Shown: positions 1 through 9,368, numbered from the stretch's first letter. The stretch: DNA of 64,000 nucleotides from a virus (IMGVR_UViG_3300042261_001152:4618-68617), one strand, 5' to 3'. Numbers and translations: made by a program. The notes: generated from the letters alone by a model not told the origin.

Positions 1-6
1 CATCCA

Positions 7-375
7 TTATCTGCCACTCCAGGCTTTGTTAAGTACTACTAATCGTTGTTTTACCAGATCTAACCAGATTTCACAGGCTCGTTCTGATTGGGTTGTTCGA
101 CCCTTGTTTAGATTTTCCACTATGCTGGCTGTTGATTCCTGCTGCGGATCTTCTCTAAACTTTGCATATTCGTTTAGCCATTCTGCCTTGTAGATTACCG
201 GGGCCCAGTTGGTTTTATCAGCACAACTAAGACGTTCGGTGTCTAATTTCGCAGTAACATAGGCGCTGGCCAGTGCTGGATCATGATCCCTGGGCCAGTA
301 TTTCTTTACTGTATTTACAGCAGCACAGCCACTTAGCAGCGTGGCTATTAATACGCTATTTATCAGATTCTTCAT
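7..375 (-). CDS. Predicted lipoprotein, unknown function
   Basis: Start MKNLINSVLIATLLSGC has a lipobox (LSGC); ATGA overlap with the Dps stop. Confidence 0.6.
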   Translation of the reverse strand: MKNLINSVLIATLLSGCAAVNTVKKYWPRDHDPALASAYVTAKLDTERLSCADKTNWAPVIYKAEWLNEYAKFREDPQQESTASIVENLNKGRTTQSERACEIWLDLVKQRLVVLNKAWSGR

Positions 376-800
376 TTTGTAATGCTTTTTAACATCCAAC
401 GATGCTTTTTATGAACATCTAATCGATCCTGCAGGAAGTTAGCCAGACCTAATTCACCAGCTGCTTCAGCACTCATATAGGCTGTAATAATGCCTTCCAT
501 GACTGTATCATTGTCGGAATCCAGACGTTTAAACATTTCCAGTGCTTCTGGTATGCCATCATCCAACTTAACATGAGCTAATTCACTGATCATACGATCT
601 ACACCAGGTGCATAGGCATCTAATTGGCGAACATGTTCTGCCAGAGGATCCACGGCTGCAAATAATTCTTCATACAGATCGCCTAGGAATTCGTGATACT
701 GCACGAAATCAGCACCTTCTACGTTCCAGTGATAAAAATGCGCTTTGGCATAAAGGGCAAATGTGTCCGCCTGCACTCGTTTTAAATCATCAACTAACAT
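372..800 (-). CDS. dps: Dps/ferritin-like DNA protection protein
   Basis: HFYHWNVEG..F.QYHEFL..LYEE..VD.LAEH.R motif; C-terminal HKKHRWML. Confidence 0.9.
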   Translation of the reverse strand: MLVDDLKRVQADTFALYAKAHFYHWNVEGADFVQYHEFLGDLYEELFAAVDPLAEHVRQLDAYAPGVDRMISELAHVKLDDGIPEALEMFKRLDSDNDTVMEGIITAYMSAEAAGELGLANFLQDRLDVHKKHRWMLKSITK

Positions 801-2678
801 TTAAACCTCCATTTTTCTAAATTGTTTCATGCGCTTAACATGTTGCGCAGGGTCAGGTAACTGTGTTGGGTCCGTGGTTTTAGGTAACCCTGCCAGATGC
901 GCTATGGTATGAGCCAGTGTGGCGTTACTGCTAGCAACATTTTGTTCATGCATGCTTTTTAATCTACGACTTTCTAGCTCGCGAATCTTAGGCACCAGAC
1001 GATTGCTGATTCTAACCACAGCCTGAGAAGCTTTCTTAAGTATGGCTTCGATGCGATTTTTCTCAGCTGCACTGAGTTTACTATAATCACGGCCTCGTAG
1101 TAGTTTGGCTTTGATTAACTTACGAGCATGCACTATGGCTTTACTTTTGAGTTTCTTCTGACCGCTGGGTCGTTTAAGCGCAATCTTACGAGCAATTTCT
1201 CGTTTGGCCTTGGTCTTCATGAAGGCAAATTTCTTATTCATGCGTTGCAGTGCTGTCAGATCCTCATCCAGCAGATCACCGCTGGCTTCAAATTCTTCTT
1301 CGGCTTCCTGTTCCTTTTGTTTGCCCTGACTTAATATATGACGTACATCTTCCCATTCCATCTGATCTATGTGTTTTTCTATGTCTCTGAGATCTTTATC
1401 TGTCAGATGTGGGTCCATGTCAATGCTTTGTTTTTCTGCAGCATTCATCTTTTCTGCAATATAATTCTTAAATCTGTCCATGTCAACGCTCTCCTCTTTG
1501 GGACTGGTATCCTTTCCGTGCATTAAATTCATTAGGTTATGTGTATGTTTTTCCATGTAGCTTTCGTGAGCTGGTAAATCACCTATGGCTCTAAGCATGG
1601 AAGCTGCATGACGTATATGATCTACAAATTGTGTAACAGCATGATCGTCCAGACGATCTGGATCTTGTTCGCCCAATCTTTCTATGTCCAGGTAATGAGC
1701 TGTGGCATCCAGAGCTTCCAGAACCACACTTTGATCTTTGGTAACATCGTCTAACAGACGACCAAATTCTTTCTGAGCCAGAGGACAATATGACAGGCTG
1801 TCCAGCAGATACTTTCTTATGTCAGCTGGATAACCTTCGGCTACATAGGTTTTGAATGTACGAGTTGGCTGAGCTGGTAGTTCTGGCAGATGCTGTGCTT
1901 CTACGTCACTGATCCAGCGTTTAAAACTTAGATCTTCGTCTATCTGTACAGTGACATAGGTTGGACCTCTATAGACAATCTGTCCACTTAGACCTGTCTG
2001 AGTATCTTCTACCACAGTGCCCAGAGGTAATTCCAGTCCCTGTATGTAATTTTCACGACTGAGTTCTTCGTTTTTACTTAGACCACCCTGTACGTGTTTG
2101 AATAGTTCCTGTGCATGAGCTGCATTTTGTTTGATCTTGCTGGGTAAATTATGATGGAATCGTTCGTAGTCATTCATCTGAGCATGACGACGCATTTCAG
2201 TTCCACTGATGCCTTCTCTGCGGGCGCCAGTATTGGCTACGCTGATCTTATCAAACTTATAATAACCATGAGGCTTGCCTGAGACACCATTGTATTGTTT
2301 TAATAGCTTGTGATAGCTGCTGGCTCGATCGCCACCGCCGGCCATGATAAAATGTTTAATGCCAGCCTTGTGTGCTGCCACAGCCTGATGTAATATGCTG
2401 GGAGCTTCGGTAGAGCTAGTACCTATGGTGGTACGGCTCAGATGACCAAAGGCTCGTTTTAGGTGTTTGACTTTTTGTACTGTACTTAGAGGATTCTTTT
2501 TGTCATCGTGACTATGGCTAGCAATGATGCTTAGGTCGGCATTGTGCTTTTCGGCAACCTTGTGAGCGTTCAGTACATTTTCTTCATGTCCCGCCGTAGG
2601 TGGGTTCATGCGCCCAAATAAGACTACACGAGTCTTGGGTGCGTTGGCTTCTTGAACTAACTGACTAAACGATTTCAT
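801..2678 (-). CDS. HIGH-family (cytidylyltransferase-like) nucleotidyltransferase with long C-terminal extension; likely virion internal protein
   Basis: FGRMNPPTAGH and ISGTEMR motifs typical of T4-like phage cytidyltransferases; N-terminus MKSFSQLVQE. Confidence 0.7.
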   Translation of the reverse strand: MKSFSQLVQEANAPKTRVVLFGRMNPPTAGHEENVLNAHKVAEKHNADLSIIASHSHDDKKNPLSTVQKVKHLKRAFGHLSRTTIGTSSTEAPSILHQAVAAHKAGIKHFIMAGGGDRASSYHKLLKQYNGVSGKPHGYYKFDKISVANTGARREGISGTEMRRHAQMNDYERFHHNLPSKIKQNAAHAQELFKHVQGGLSKNEELSRENYIQGLELPLGTVVEDTQTGLSGQIVYRGPTYVTVQIDEDLSFKRWISDVEAQHLPELPAQPTRTFKTYVAEGYPADIRKYLLDSLSYCPLAQKEFGRLLDDVTKDQSVVLEALDATAHYLDIERLGEQDPDRLDDHAVTQFVDHIRHAASMLRAIGDLPAHESYMEKHTHNLMNLMHGKDTSPKEESVDMDRFKNYIAEKMNAAEKQSIDMDPHLTDKDLRDIEKHIDQMEWEDVRHILSQGKQKEQEAEEEFEASGDLLDEDLTALQRMNKKFAFMKTKAKREIARKIALKRPSGQKKLKSKAIVHARKLIKAKLLRGRDYSKLSAAEKNRIEAILKKASQAVVRISNRLVPKIRELESRRLKSMHEQNVASSNATLAHTIAHLAGLPKTTDPTQLPDPAQHVKRMKQFRKMEV

Positions 2679-3313
2679 TTTTCGTAATCCTTGGGATGCA
2701 TTCTCTGTATGCTTCCATCTGGTTTTGCATGGTAGGCATGAAATTCCGTATGAGGATATTCATGTCTGAGTTTTAAAAAATGTTTAAGATTGCTATGACT
2801 ATCATCATACATGGCCACTCGGGCATAGGGATGATCATTTAAATGACGACGCAGCACCATGTTTTTAGCTTCACCTGGGCTGGTAGCACCTGGTTCATTA
2901 CCGGCTCTGTGCACATGTATGTGCTTGATGGGTATGCCGTGCTTATGAAACGTCATTAAAAACTTGCTCTTTTTATCAAAGTCCGTACGAGCAGTATTCA
3001 TAATTATCTTACTATTAGGATATTTATGTATGATATTCTGATGTATGGCTTTTACTTTTTTAATCATGCGAGGTATGGGTTTGCTCTCATGATGGAATTT
3101 ATGCGCACTGCGAAACTCGCTAAAATCATAATGATGATGAGCTGGTAATTTATGATCGTTAAATTCTGAATTACTCAGAGTTCTAACTGTTTTACCTGCG
3201 GCATTTTTAACATGTATCTTGGCTGTGGTATGGAACAGAGTGTCGTCGATGTCAAACACATGTAGACTACCGCGTCGTTCGTTTTCGGTTAAAAAGTCGT
3301 TGAAGTTTTTCAT
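2675..3313 (-). CDS. HAD-superfamily phosphatase, His-rich
   Basis: FDIDDTL (motif I), NTAR (II), K (III), YDDSHSN (IV); N-terminus MKNFNDFLTE. Confidence 0.7.
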   Translation of the reverse strand: MKNFNDFLTENERRGSLHVFDIDDTLFHTTAKIHVKNAAGKTVRTLSNSEFNDHKLPAHHHYDFSEFRSAHKFHHESKPIPRMIKKVKAIHQNIIHKYPNSKIIMNTARTDFDKKSKFLMTFHKHGIPIKHIHVHRAGNEPGATSPGEAKNMVLRRHLNDHPYARVAMYDDSHSNLKHFLKLRHEYPHTEFHAYHAKPDGSIQRMHPKDYEK

Positions 3314-4512
3314 TTACCAAAACCACCTTTTTTAAGATTCTGCTGAGCAAAGCCACCTTCGCCTCGGTGTATGAGTTTGGTGGGTCTGTTATCGCCAGTC
3401 ACTGTGACAAAGCCTTCGGGTCCGCTTTCTTCACCGTGTATGAAATGTTTATAACCATCGCTGTTGCCTCGATGCAGAGCTGGCATCAGTGCCTGTTTGG
3501 CCTGCTGTATGTGATCATGCATTTTTAACAGAGCCTCCAGAGGTTCTGCCTGAGCCTTGATGTTCTTTAATTCAGACTTCATGGCTTCGGTCTTGGCCAG
3601 TTTGGTCTTTTCCATTTTAACAGCATCTATGCCCTTCTGATGACGTTCCTGTACATGAGACACGAGTCCCTGAACACTTGGACGCTGATTGTGTCGTACC
3701 ATGCGATTAATATAGGTGCTTAGATGTTCCTGCATTTCTGGTGACTGATGAAACACTGCGGCTCGATCTGAGTTCTTGAATATGTCGCCAGCGGCATTCA
3801 TTTCAGTTTTAAATTTATTGTGTTCTTCGGGTGTCAATGCTGCTTTTTTAGCACTAAAGCTCTTGTCCCAGGTATGCAGATGTACATCTGGATGTTCGGC
3901 AAATCCACTTAGATCAGGTGTATAGTTAGCGTGCATGTCAGCCAGGCTTCGACCTTCATAGCCTGTGTGTACGGCAAAACCAATCTTGGCATCGGCTATC
4001 TGACGACCCAGTTTGCCATTGACTGGCGCCTGGTATTCTATGAGCTGAGGTTTAAAACTAAAAGTATTGTCGGTGCGACGAACGTCACCATCGGCCTTGT
4101 TGTATAAAAAGTCACCCTGGAATACTCCGGCCTTGGGTGAGACCTTGGGCAGGTATTTTAAAGCTGCGGTTAGTTTACTTACCAGACCAGGCGCATGAGC
4201 ATGATTGGCTTTGATATCAGCTGCGGTATAGTTAATCTTGGGGGTTTTGTTCCAGGCACTTTTGCTGGCTACGAAAAATTTACCGTTTTCGGGATTATGA
4301 CCAAACACAACGCTGGGCGCACCATCGAATTTCGTCATGATTTTGGTGCCGCTGTCTAACCCCTGCAGGGCCTGTTCGGTGGTTTTGAGAGTGTTAAAGG
4401 CGTGATGGAATCCAGGCTCACCACTCTTGATTAAGTGGTCTTCTGGATGTTCTAGATGTTTTAATTTTTCTTCAGTAGGTTCTTCTACTAGAAAATTGGT
4501 AAATGCCTTCAT
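3310..4512 (-). CDS. Conserved T4-like protein (DUF6267-like) with ATP-dependent RNA-ligase-type motifs
   Basis: KHLEHPED N-terminal motif; TKFDGAP (KxDG), FQGDFL, PEGFV, PTKL; likely start MKAFTNFLVE. Confidence 0.6.
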   Translation of the reverse strand: MKAFTNFLVEEPTEEKLKHLEHPEDHLIKSGEPGFHHAFNTLKTTEQALQGLDSGTKIMTKFDGAPSVVFGHNPENGKFFVASKSAWNKTPKINYTAADIKANHAHAPGLVSKLTAALKYLPKVSPKAGVFQGDFLYNKADGDVRRTDNTFSFKPQLIEYQAPVNGKLGRQIADAKIGFAVHTGYEGRSLADMHANYTPDLSGFAEHPDVHLHTWDKSFSAKKAALTPEEHNKFKTEMNAAGDIFKNSDRAAVFHQSPEMQEHLSTYINRMVRHNQRPSVQGLVSHVQERHQKGIDAVKMEKTKLAKTEAMKSELKNIKAQAEPLEALLKMHDHIQQAKQALMPALHRGNSDGYKHFIHGEESGPEGFVTVTGDNRPTKLIHRGEGGFAQQNLKKGGFGK

Positions 4513-4542
4513 ATGACCCATTGAAATATAATGTTAACCGTA

Positions 4543-4550
4543 TATTTATA
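4543..4550 (-). promoter_or_regulatory. T4-type late promoter TATAAATA
   Basis: TATTTATA on + strand, just upstream of the 4512-7 operon. Confidence 0.75.
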
Positions 4551-4553
4551 TAA

Positions 4554-5978
4554 CTATACATCTAGTCCTATGGGAGCATTGAATACATTGGTAGAACTCT
4601 GATTTCTAAGAGCTATCCAGTTGTGATATTCCTGAGCCCAGTTAATCTGAGTATAGAAGTTATAGCTTAATATGCCATTCTTAAAGCTGCTGACAGCATA
4701 GGCTACATGCTGACGTTTTAGAACTTCGTCATAGAACATCTGATAGAAGTTATATTTGCTGGTTGATGTTTCACGACTGCTTTCTACCAGAGCTTTATCA
4801 CAGATATAGCAAAATGTAATGAGATTGATGCCAGCGTTATCGGTATTGGTTAAATTGGCCTTGATAAACTCAGTGAGTTGTTTTTGCTGGGCAGCTGTTG
4901 TTTTAAGATCAGTGCCAAATTCCGGGTTGGGTTTTCGGGTCACAGTCATGGCCTCGTTAACATAGATCAGCAGATCCTTGAATTTATTTAGATCTCGAAC
5001 ACCAAACTTCTGTAGTATGGGTTCAATTTTTGTGCGATCGCCTTCTATGAGTTTGATTAAACTAAGAACAGGAGCTCTGGGCCCTATGCGTCCCTGACCT
5101 ATGACATAACTCTGCACCACGCTTTCACCTATGATTTTCTGTCCCTTTTGATTGCGTTTTTCAGCAGCTGTTAGATCGTTGTACCACTTGGTAACATCTG
5201 CGACCTTGTCATACATGTCCTTGAATTTAACTGTATTGGTTTTAGCACTGGACACTTTGCTTTTAACGCTGATCTTCATGGCAGTACTTTCGCTTTCTTT
5301 GCCCGTGGGGCTGATGCTGATAAAGTAGTCTACCAGGGGGAAGTTGCTCTGTTTAGGTATGTAGATTTTAGCCTTGACCTGACTCATGTTGGTGCGGGCC
5401 GGTATGCCCAGAACCTTTTTGATCTTGGCATCATTGCCCTTGAGTAAAATGCTAAGCTTAATGGCACTAAGCACTTCAAAGAATTCGCTGGGGACTAGAT
5501 CACGAGGGAACTTGGGCAGTGTGTATTGAGTAGCCGTTCCCTGAGCTGTAGTGTCTAATAAATGTATGATGCTGGATCTTTCTTCTGAACCTAGATCCAC
5601 ACTCTGTATGTATTTTTTAACATTGGCCACCATGCGATCAGGTTCAAGCCAGGTATTGACTATGCTGGGAACTATGTCACTGGGCTTAAACATGGGCTTG
5701 CCAGCCTTGGCTGCTTCCTTGGCCTTGACATAGAACTCACCACGATTGATGCTGACTTCACCACTTTTACCCGCAGGTGGATTATACGTAGCGTTAAAAG
5801 GCACATCAGCCAACAGATTGGCCACGGCCCTGAGCAGTGTTTTTCTAACCTGCTGATCGGCGCCAGACACCTGTAAGGTAAAGGTCTTCTTGTTGTCAAA
5901 CACAACGGTCGCCTGTGGTTTGAACCCCTTGGTCAGTGTGTTCTGCAGGGTTTTGATTTGCTGTGCTGATAGGGCCAT
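4554..5978 (-). CDS. Hypothetical protein, possible PD-(D/E)xK nuclease
   Basis: 474 aa ORF; EFFE...NFPLVDY...ISVKSK pattern; late-promoter variant GATAAATA at 6002-6009. Confidence 0.45.
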   Translation of the reverse strand: MALSAQQIKTLQNTLTKGFKPQATVVFDNKKTFTLQVSGADQQVRKTLLRAVANLLADVPFNATYNPPAGKSGEVSINRGEFYVKAKEAAKAGKPMFKPSDIVPSIVNTWLEPDRMVANVKKYIQSVDLGSEERSSIIHLLDTTAQGTATQYTLPKFPRDLVPSEFFEVLSAIKLSILLKGNDAKIKKVLGIPARTNMSQVKAKIYIPKQSNFPLVDYFISISPTGKESESTAMKISVKSKVSSAKTNTVKFKDMYDKVADVTKWYNDLTAAEKRNQKGQKIIGESVVQSYVIGQGRIGPRAPVLSLIKLIEGDRTKIEPILQKFGVRDLNKFKDLLIYVNEAMTVTRKPNPEFGTDLKTTAAQQKQLTEFIKANLTNTDNAGINLITFCYICDKALVESSRETSTSKYNFYQMFYDEVLKRQHVAYAVSSFKNGILSYNFYTQINWAQEYHNWIALRNQSSTNVFNAPIGLDV

Positions 5979-6125
5979 GCTAACTCCTTGATTCGATTGA
6001 ATATTTATCTAGCACGTATTTGTTTGTATCAGGGAATATCAGTATAAAGCCTAGGACAAACAAATGTGTTCTAGGCTGTTTCTGGAGGTTGTGTCTAAAT
6101 TATAGACAGAAAAAGTACTTGTAAA

Positions 6126-6626
6126 TCAATGGGTTAGTTTATGCCAGGTTTTAACCTGATATTTGGCCCATTTGCCAAAGTTTGGAGTACCATCTACCTT
6201 GAATCTAATGTTAATGGTGCCCTGATCTTTATAAGCAGAACGAGGGAATTTAAAATAGTAAATACATTCTAATACAGGGCAGGCTACAATACATCTTAAT
6301 ATGCCAATCTTAGTTTGTATGTTTGAAATTTTAGCTTTTCTATGATTTAGGTTAGTGACATCAAAACTAACAGCGGTTTTGGCATCACTATTATCACTAA
6401 AATCTTTATAAAATTCTGGTGTGCGTTTTAAATGGCTTCGTTTAGCTATGGCATATTCAAACAAATCATGTGCTTTTAATACACCTAGTTTAGCCTTATA
6501 AAGATCATGAGCTATAACCGCTTTGGGCGCCCCTGGGAACGCTTTAGGGTGCAGATGCTCAACTAAAAGTAGCTGACCCTTAAGGTGATTGTTCTTATGT
6601 TTCGTCTTCGTCGCCGTCATAAGCAA
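6126..6626 (-). CDS. Hypothetical basic protein, possible PD-(D/E)xK fold
   Basis: AT-rich 166 aa ORF; FE...DFSDNSDAK pattern. Confidence 0.4.
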   Translation of the reverse strand: MLMTATKTKHKNNHLKGQLLLVEHLHPKAFPGAPKAVIAHDLYKAKLGVLKAHDLFEYAIAKRSHLKRTPEFYKDFSDNSDAKTAVSFDVTNLNHRKAKISNIQTKIGILRCIVACPVLECIYYFKFPRSAYKDQGTINIRFKVDGTPNFGKWAKYQVKTWHKLTH

Positions 6627-6849
6627 TCACCTTTAAAGCTGCACCAATCATATCGCTGATAATTCTATCAGCAGCTGTATCACGTATGACTATGCCCAGA
6701 CCCTCGAGCTTATCACAATACGCATCCATGGCATCGCAAGCAGCCATGACTATGCTGGCCTCAGTCTCCTTGGCCTTCTGTTCTTCTGCGGCCCAATCCA
6801 GGGGCAGATAACCTGGTTTATTTACTCCCATCATGTACTCCTTCATCAT
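6595..6849 (-). CDS. Hypothetical protein
   Basis: ORF in early-gene run. Confidence 0.5.
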   Translation of the reverse strand: MMKEYMMGVNKPGYLPLDWAAEEQKAKETEASIVMAACDAMDAYCDKLEGLGIVIRDTAADRIISDMIGAALKVIAYDGDEDET

Positions 6850-6946
6850 GTAAAAAACCTACTTGGGTTAATACAGTTACTAAACTACACTAACCCAAGC
6901 AGGCTGCTTGGGGGTCCGAAAAAGGAATTAAACGGACCAGTTGGTG

Positions 6947-7213
6947 TTACTTGTTAAATGCTTGCGCGCCAAATACTGCATAGGCCTGAGCAACCATTTC
7001 ACGGCTAGGTTTACCGAGACGGTAGAATGTTTTATTGTCTCGAGCGCGTGTATTTGCATACACACTATAACCTGAGCGACGCAACTCACTGATTCTTGCT
7101 CGTACTGAAGCAACAGTTGTACCAACTAAACCAGCTAACTGACCTGCAGTATAGCCAGAGTTACTTGGACCATTGTTTTCCAATACAGCTAAGATTCTCT
7201 CATGCTTTGTCAT
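6947..7213 (-). CDS. Winged helix-turn-helix DNA-binding protein
   Basis: RILAVLE..YTAGQLA...TVASVRARISELRRSGY; RBS GAAGGAG before MTKHER. Confidence 0.7.
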   Translation of the reverse strand: MTKHERILAVLENNGPSNSGYTAGQLAGLVGTTVASVRARISELRRSGYSVYANTRARDNKTFYRLGKPSREMVAQAYAVFGAQAFNK

Positions 7214-7305
7214 AACGACTCCTTCAGATTTTGACCGCCCTTTTGAAACCCAGATTGTAGGCGCGGTCTTGCCCACAGCTGGTTTTGAAAATAAAAATTC
7301 AAACA

Positions 7306-7620
7306 TTATGCCACCGCCAATTCTGCGATGTTAGCATCAACCTTAACTGCTGCTGGTTTAGCTGGCATCTTAACTGCCACAGGTTGCTTAACAAACTTGT
7401 TAAGAGCTGTAACATAGGCTGGGTTTGAAGCAAAGTCCTTCAAGCCTAGTAAATAAGCCGGAATGTCTTCACGCTTCATGGCCTTGGGTAATTCAACATA
7501 CTTGATGTCAGTATTACCTGCTGCAACCTGACGGTTGATAGTGTCGGTCAAAGACAAAGTTGAATAACGAACTCGCATCTGACCTTTGTTATTTTTTGCT
7601 ACTCCTGCTACTTTAAACAT
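7306..7620 (-). CDS. Hypothetical protein
   Basis: RBS GAGGAG before MFKVAG; Lys/Ala/Pro-rich tail. Confidence 0.6.
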   Translation of the reverse strand: MFKVAGVAKNNKGQMRVRYSTLSLTDTINRQVAAGNTDIKYVELPKAMKREDIPAYLLGLKDFASNPAYVTALNKFVKQPVAVKMPAKPAAVKVDANIAELAVA

Positions 7621-7636
7621 ATAATTACTCCTCAGT

Positions 7637-7795
7637 TTAATAATAAAACGCGATGATAATCGCACCCAAAACAGCGGTCAGCAATACCAAAGCATCACCA
7701 ACATCACTGCTATTCCAACCACTGGAATTCTTGCGAACGATCTGATAGCGACCGTTCAATAATTCTATTTCAAAATTCTTTCTATAATCATGCAT
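7637..7795 (-). CDS. Small membrane protein (52 aa, not in ORF track)
   Basis: GGAG RBS; MHDYRKNF...LVLLTAVLGAIIIAFYY C-terminal TM; sigma70 promoter at 7806-7834. Confidence 0.55.
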   Translation of the reverse strand: MHDYRKNFEIELLNGRYQIVRKNSSGWNSSDVGDALVLLTAVLGAIIIAFYY

Positions 7796-7805
7796 AACAA
7801 ACTCC

Positions 7806-7834
7806 ATTATATGATAAGTTTATCAAAATGTCAA
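7806..7834 (-). promoter_or_regulatory. Sigma70-type early promoter
   Basis: TTGACA-17-TATAAT. Confidence 0.7.
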
Positions 7835-8086
7835 TAGTTCTGCACTGGCATATCGTTCGTTGATCTGGTTGGGTTCAAAACTACCTGAATCCCAGATATC
7901 ATATCTGTCACCAAACTTGTCTTCGCGAATCTCTTTTTCTTTGACTCGCATGGCCATTCTAAAGCTATTTGAACTAAAATATAACTCCCAGGACTTTTCG
8001 GGATTTCTTAGCTCATCATTCATGCAACGCATGACTCTGTAGCGATAGACTGGTTCTTGTTCAAACTCTAAATCATCAACTATCAT
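7823..8086 (-). CDS. Hypothetical early protein
   Basis: RBS AAAGGA before MIVDDL; own promoter. Confidence 0.55.
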   Translation of the reverse strand: MIVDDLEFEQEPVYRYRVMRCMNDELRNPEKSWELYFSSNSFRMAMRVKEKEIREDKFGDRYDIWDSGSFEPNQINERYASAELLTF

Positions 8087-8119
8087 AATATCATTTCCTT
8101 TTTCATTTAACATACTACG

Positions 8120-8147
8120 ATTATATAGGAACGATTCAAAGAGTCAA
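8120..8147 (-). promoter_or_regulatory. Early promoter, 16-bp spacer class
   Basis: TTGACT-16-TATAAT with CGTTCCTA extension. Confidence 0.7.
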
Positions 8148-8162
8148 GCATTTTTGGTGATT

Positions 8163-8459
8163 TTAAAGCTCAAAATCTGCCTCATTTTTAGGCACTAATC
8201 TGCCTGTTTTTAAGGCAATTTTCTCGGCGTATTCCTGGCAGTCCACACACAACTGAACCCCCGGAACTGCTTGCCTTCGAGCTCGGGGAATTTTTACATC
8301 ACATTCCGCGCAGTGCGTGAGTCCAGGACCTACGCCTATCTTGGCTCTGACAGCGGCTATGGCATTCATGTTATTATGAATAGCATGAAGCTGGCCCATT
8401 TCGGCCTCTTCCAGATTTTCGTTCTGGATGCCTTCGACTTCTAATTCTTTATTATACAA
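8163..8459 (-). CDS. DksA/TraR-family C4 zinc-finger protein
   Basis: CAEC..KIPRARRQAVPGVQLCVDCQ. Confidence 0.85.
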   Translation of the reverse strand: MYNKELEVEGIQNENLEEAEMGQLHAIHNNMNAIAAVRAKIGVGPGLTHCAECDVKIPRARRQAVPGVQLCVDCQEYAEKIALKTGRLVPKNEADFEL

Positions 8460-8610
8460 GTTTCATCCCCTTGAATTTTGCTCGGACGCCGGTGTGACGG
8501 CTACGGCTATTGATCATGGCTACCCATTCTTTGGCAATTGATCCCTTATTAAAGTAATCAGCAAATACACGACCTTCTTTAATGACTTCAATTTTATATA
8601 CCTTTTTCAT
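8452..8610 (-). CDS. Small hypothetical protein (52 aa, not in ORF track)
   Basis: MKKVYKIEVIKEG...; TAATG coupling to upstream ORF. Confidence 0.5.
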   Translation of the reverse strand: MKKVYKIEVIKEGRVFADYFNKGSIAKEWVAMINSRSRHTGVRAKFKGMKLV

Positions 8611-8795
8611 TATTCAATCTCCGTTTCTACTTCTTCAATGGTTATGGTATCACCACATTCAAAATTACAGCGAGCTTCTAGTTCACGCATAGCTGCTCCA
8701 ATGCTGGAACTTTCGGTGCTGTCAGCTAAAATGCTGTCTAGTTCACCACCAATGTTGCTAAGAACAATTCTTGCTACTCGTCTAAATTCACTCAT
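8610..8795 (-). CDS. Hypothetical protein
   Basis: Translationally coupled ORF with GGAGG RBS. Confidence 0.55.
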   Translation of the reverse strand: MSEFRRVARIVLSNIGGELDSILADSTESSSIGAAMRELEARCNFECGDTITIEEVETEIE

Positions 8796-8974
8796 TATTC
8801 AGCCTCCGCAAAAAATTGTTGACCAATACCAAATACAATATCAAAAGCTTCGACAACCTTGGGTTCATAGGCCATTCTGCGAAACTTTTTAATTGATATG
8901 CAGATTTCTAAAAAGCCCATACCTTTGTCATCGGCCTGCTTTTGTACTATTTCAAATGCTTCTTTTGTTGTCAT
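8795..8974 (-). CDS. Hypothetical early protein
   Basis: RBS AAAGGA before MTTKEA; promoter at 9008-9035. Confidence 0.55.
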   Translation of the reverse strand: MTTKEAFEIVQKQADDKGMGFLEICISIKKFRRMAYEPKVVEAFDIVFGIGQQFFAEAE

Positions 8975-9007
8975 TTTTTGGTTTCCTTTTTTATTTAACA
9001 TACTGCT

Positions 9008-9035
9008 ATTATATAGAAACGAACCATTTTGTCAA
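9008..9035 (-). promoter_or_regulatory. Early promoter, 16-bp spacer class
   Basis: TTGACA-16-TATAAT. Confidence 0.7.
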
Positions 9036-9041
9036 GCCTGC

Positions 9042-9083
9042 TAAGTCTTTGATTTTTAAGGGTATTTTGCTAACCCATTGATT
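9042..9083 (-). repeat. Tandem IHF-consensus boxes
   Basis: AATCAAAGACTTA (9042-9054) and AATCAATGGGTTA (9071-9083) match WATCAANNNNTTR. Confidence 0.55.
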
Positions 9084-9185
9084 TTAAAGTACTAGTATTT
9101 TCTGCCTGTTTTTTAAGCAGTTCTTGCTGTTGTTGTTCTAGCTCCTGCTGATGGTGTTCAGCGGCCATTCTGTCGTCGTCTGTGA

Positions 9186-9368
9186 TCATTTAGGTTTCCT
9201 CAAGAGATCAAACACGGTCTGAACATTGTTATAGGCCCAGTCATTGATTTCGTTCAGTGGTATGTCAGTAATGAACATGGCATCTGCTCGTCCCATTATG
9301 TACTCTTCTACGACAGCTGGTATGCTCTCATAATCTGACCAACCAAAATTTTCTTTTACTTTACCCAT
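9186..9368 (-). CDS. Hypothetical early protein
   Basis: RBS AAGGAG; promoter at 9394-9421. Confidence 0.55.
   Translation of the reverse strand: MGKVKENFGWSDYESIPAVVEEYIMGRADAMFITDIPLNEINDWAYNNVQTVFDLLRKPK

Noticed and set aside
6048-6077. Inverted repeat AGCCTAGGAC...GTTCTAGGCT
   Set aside because: Single hairpin with a poor U-tract; could be a weak terminator, but no function can be supported
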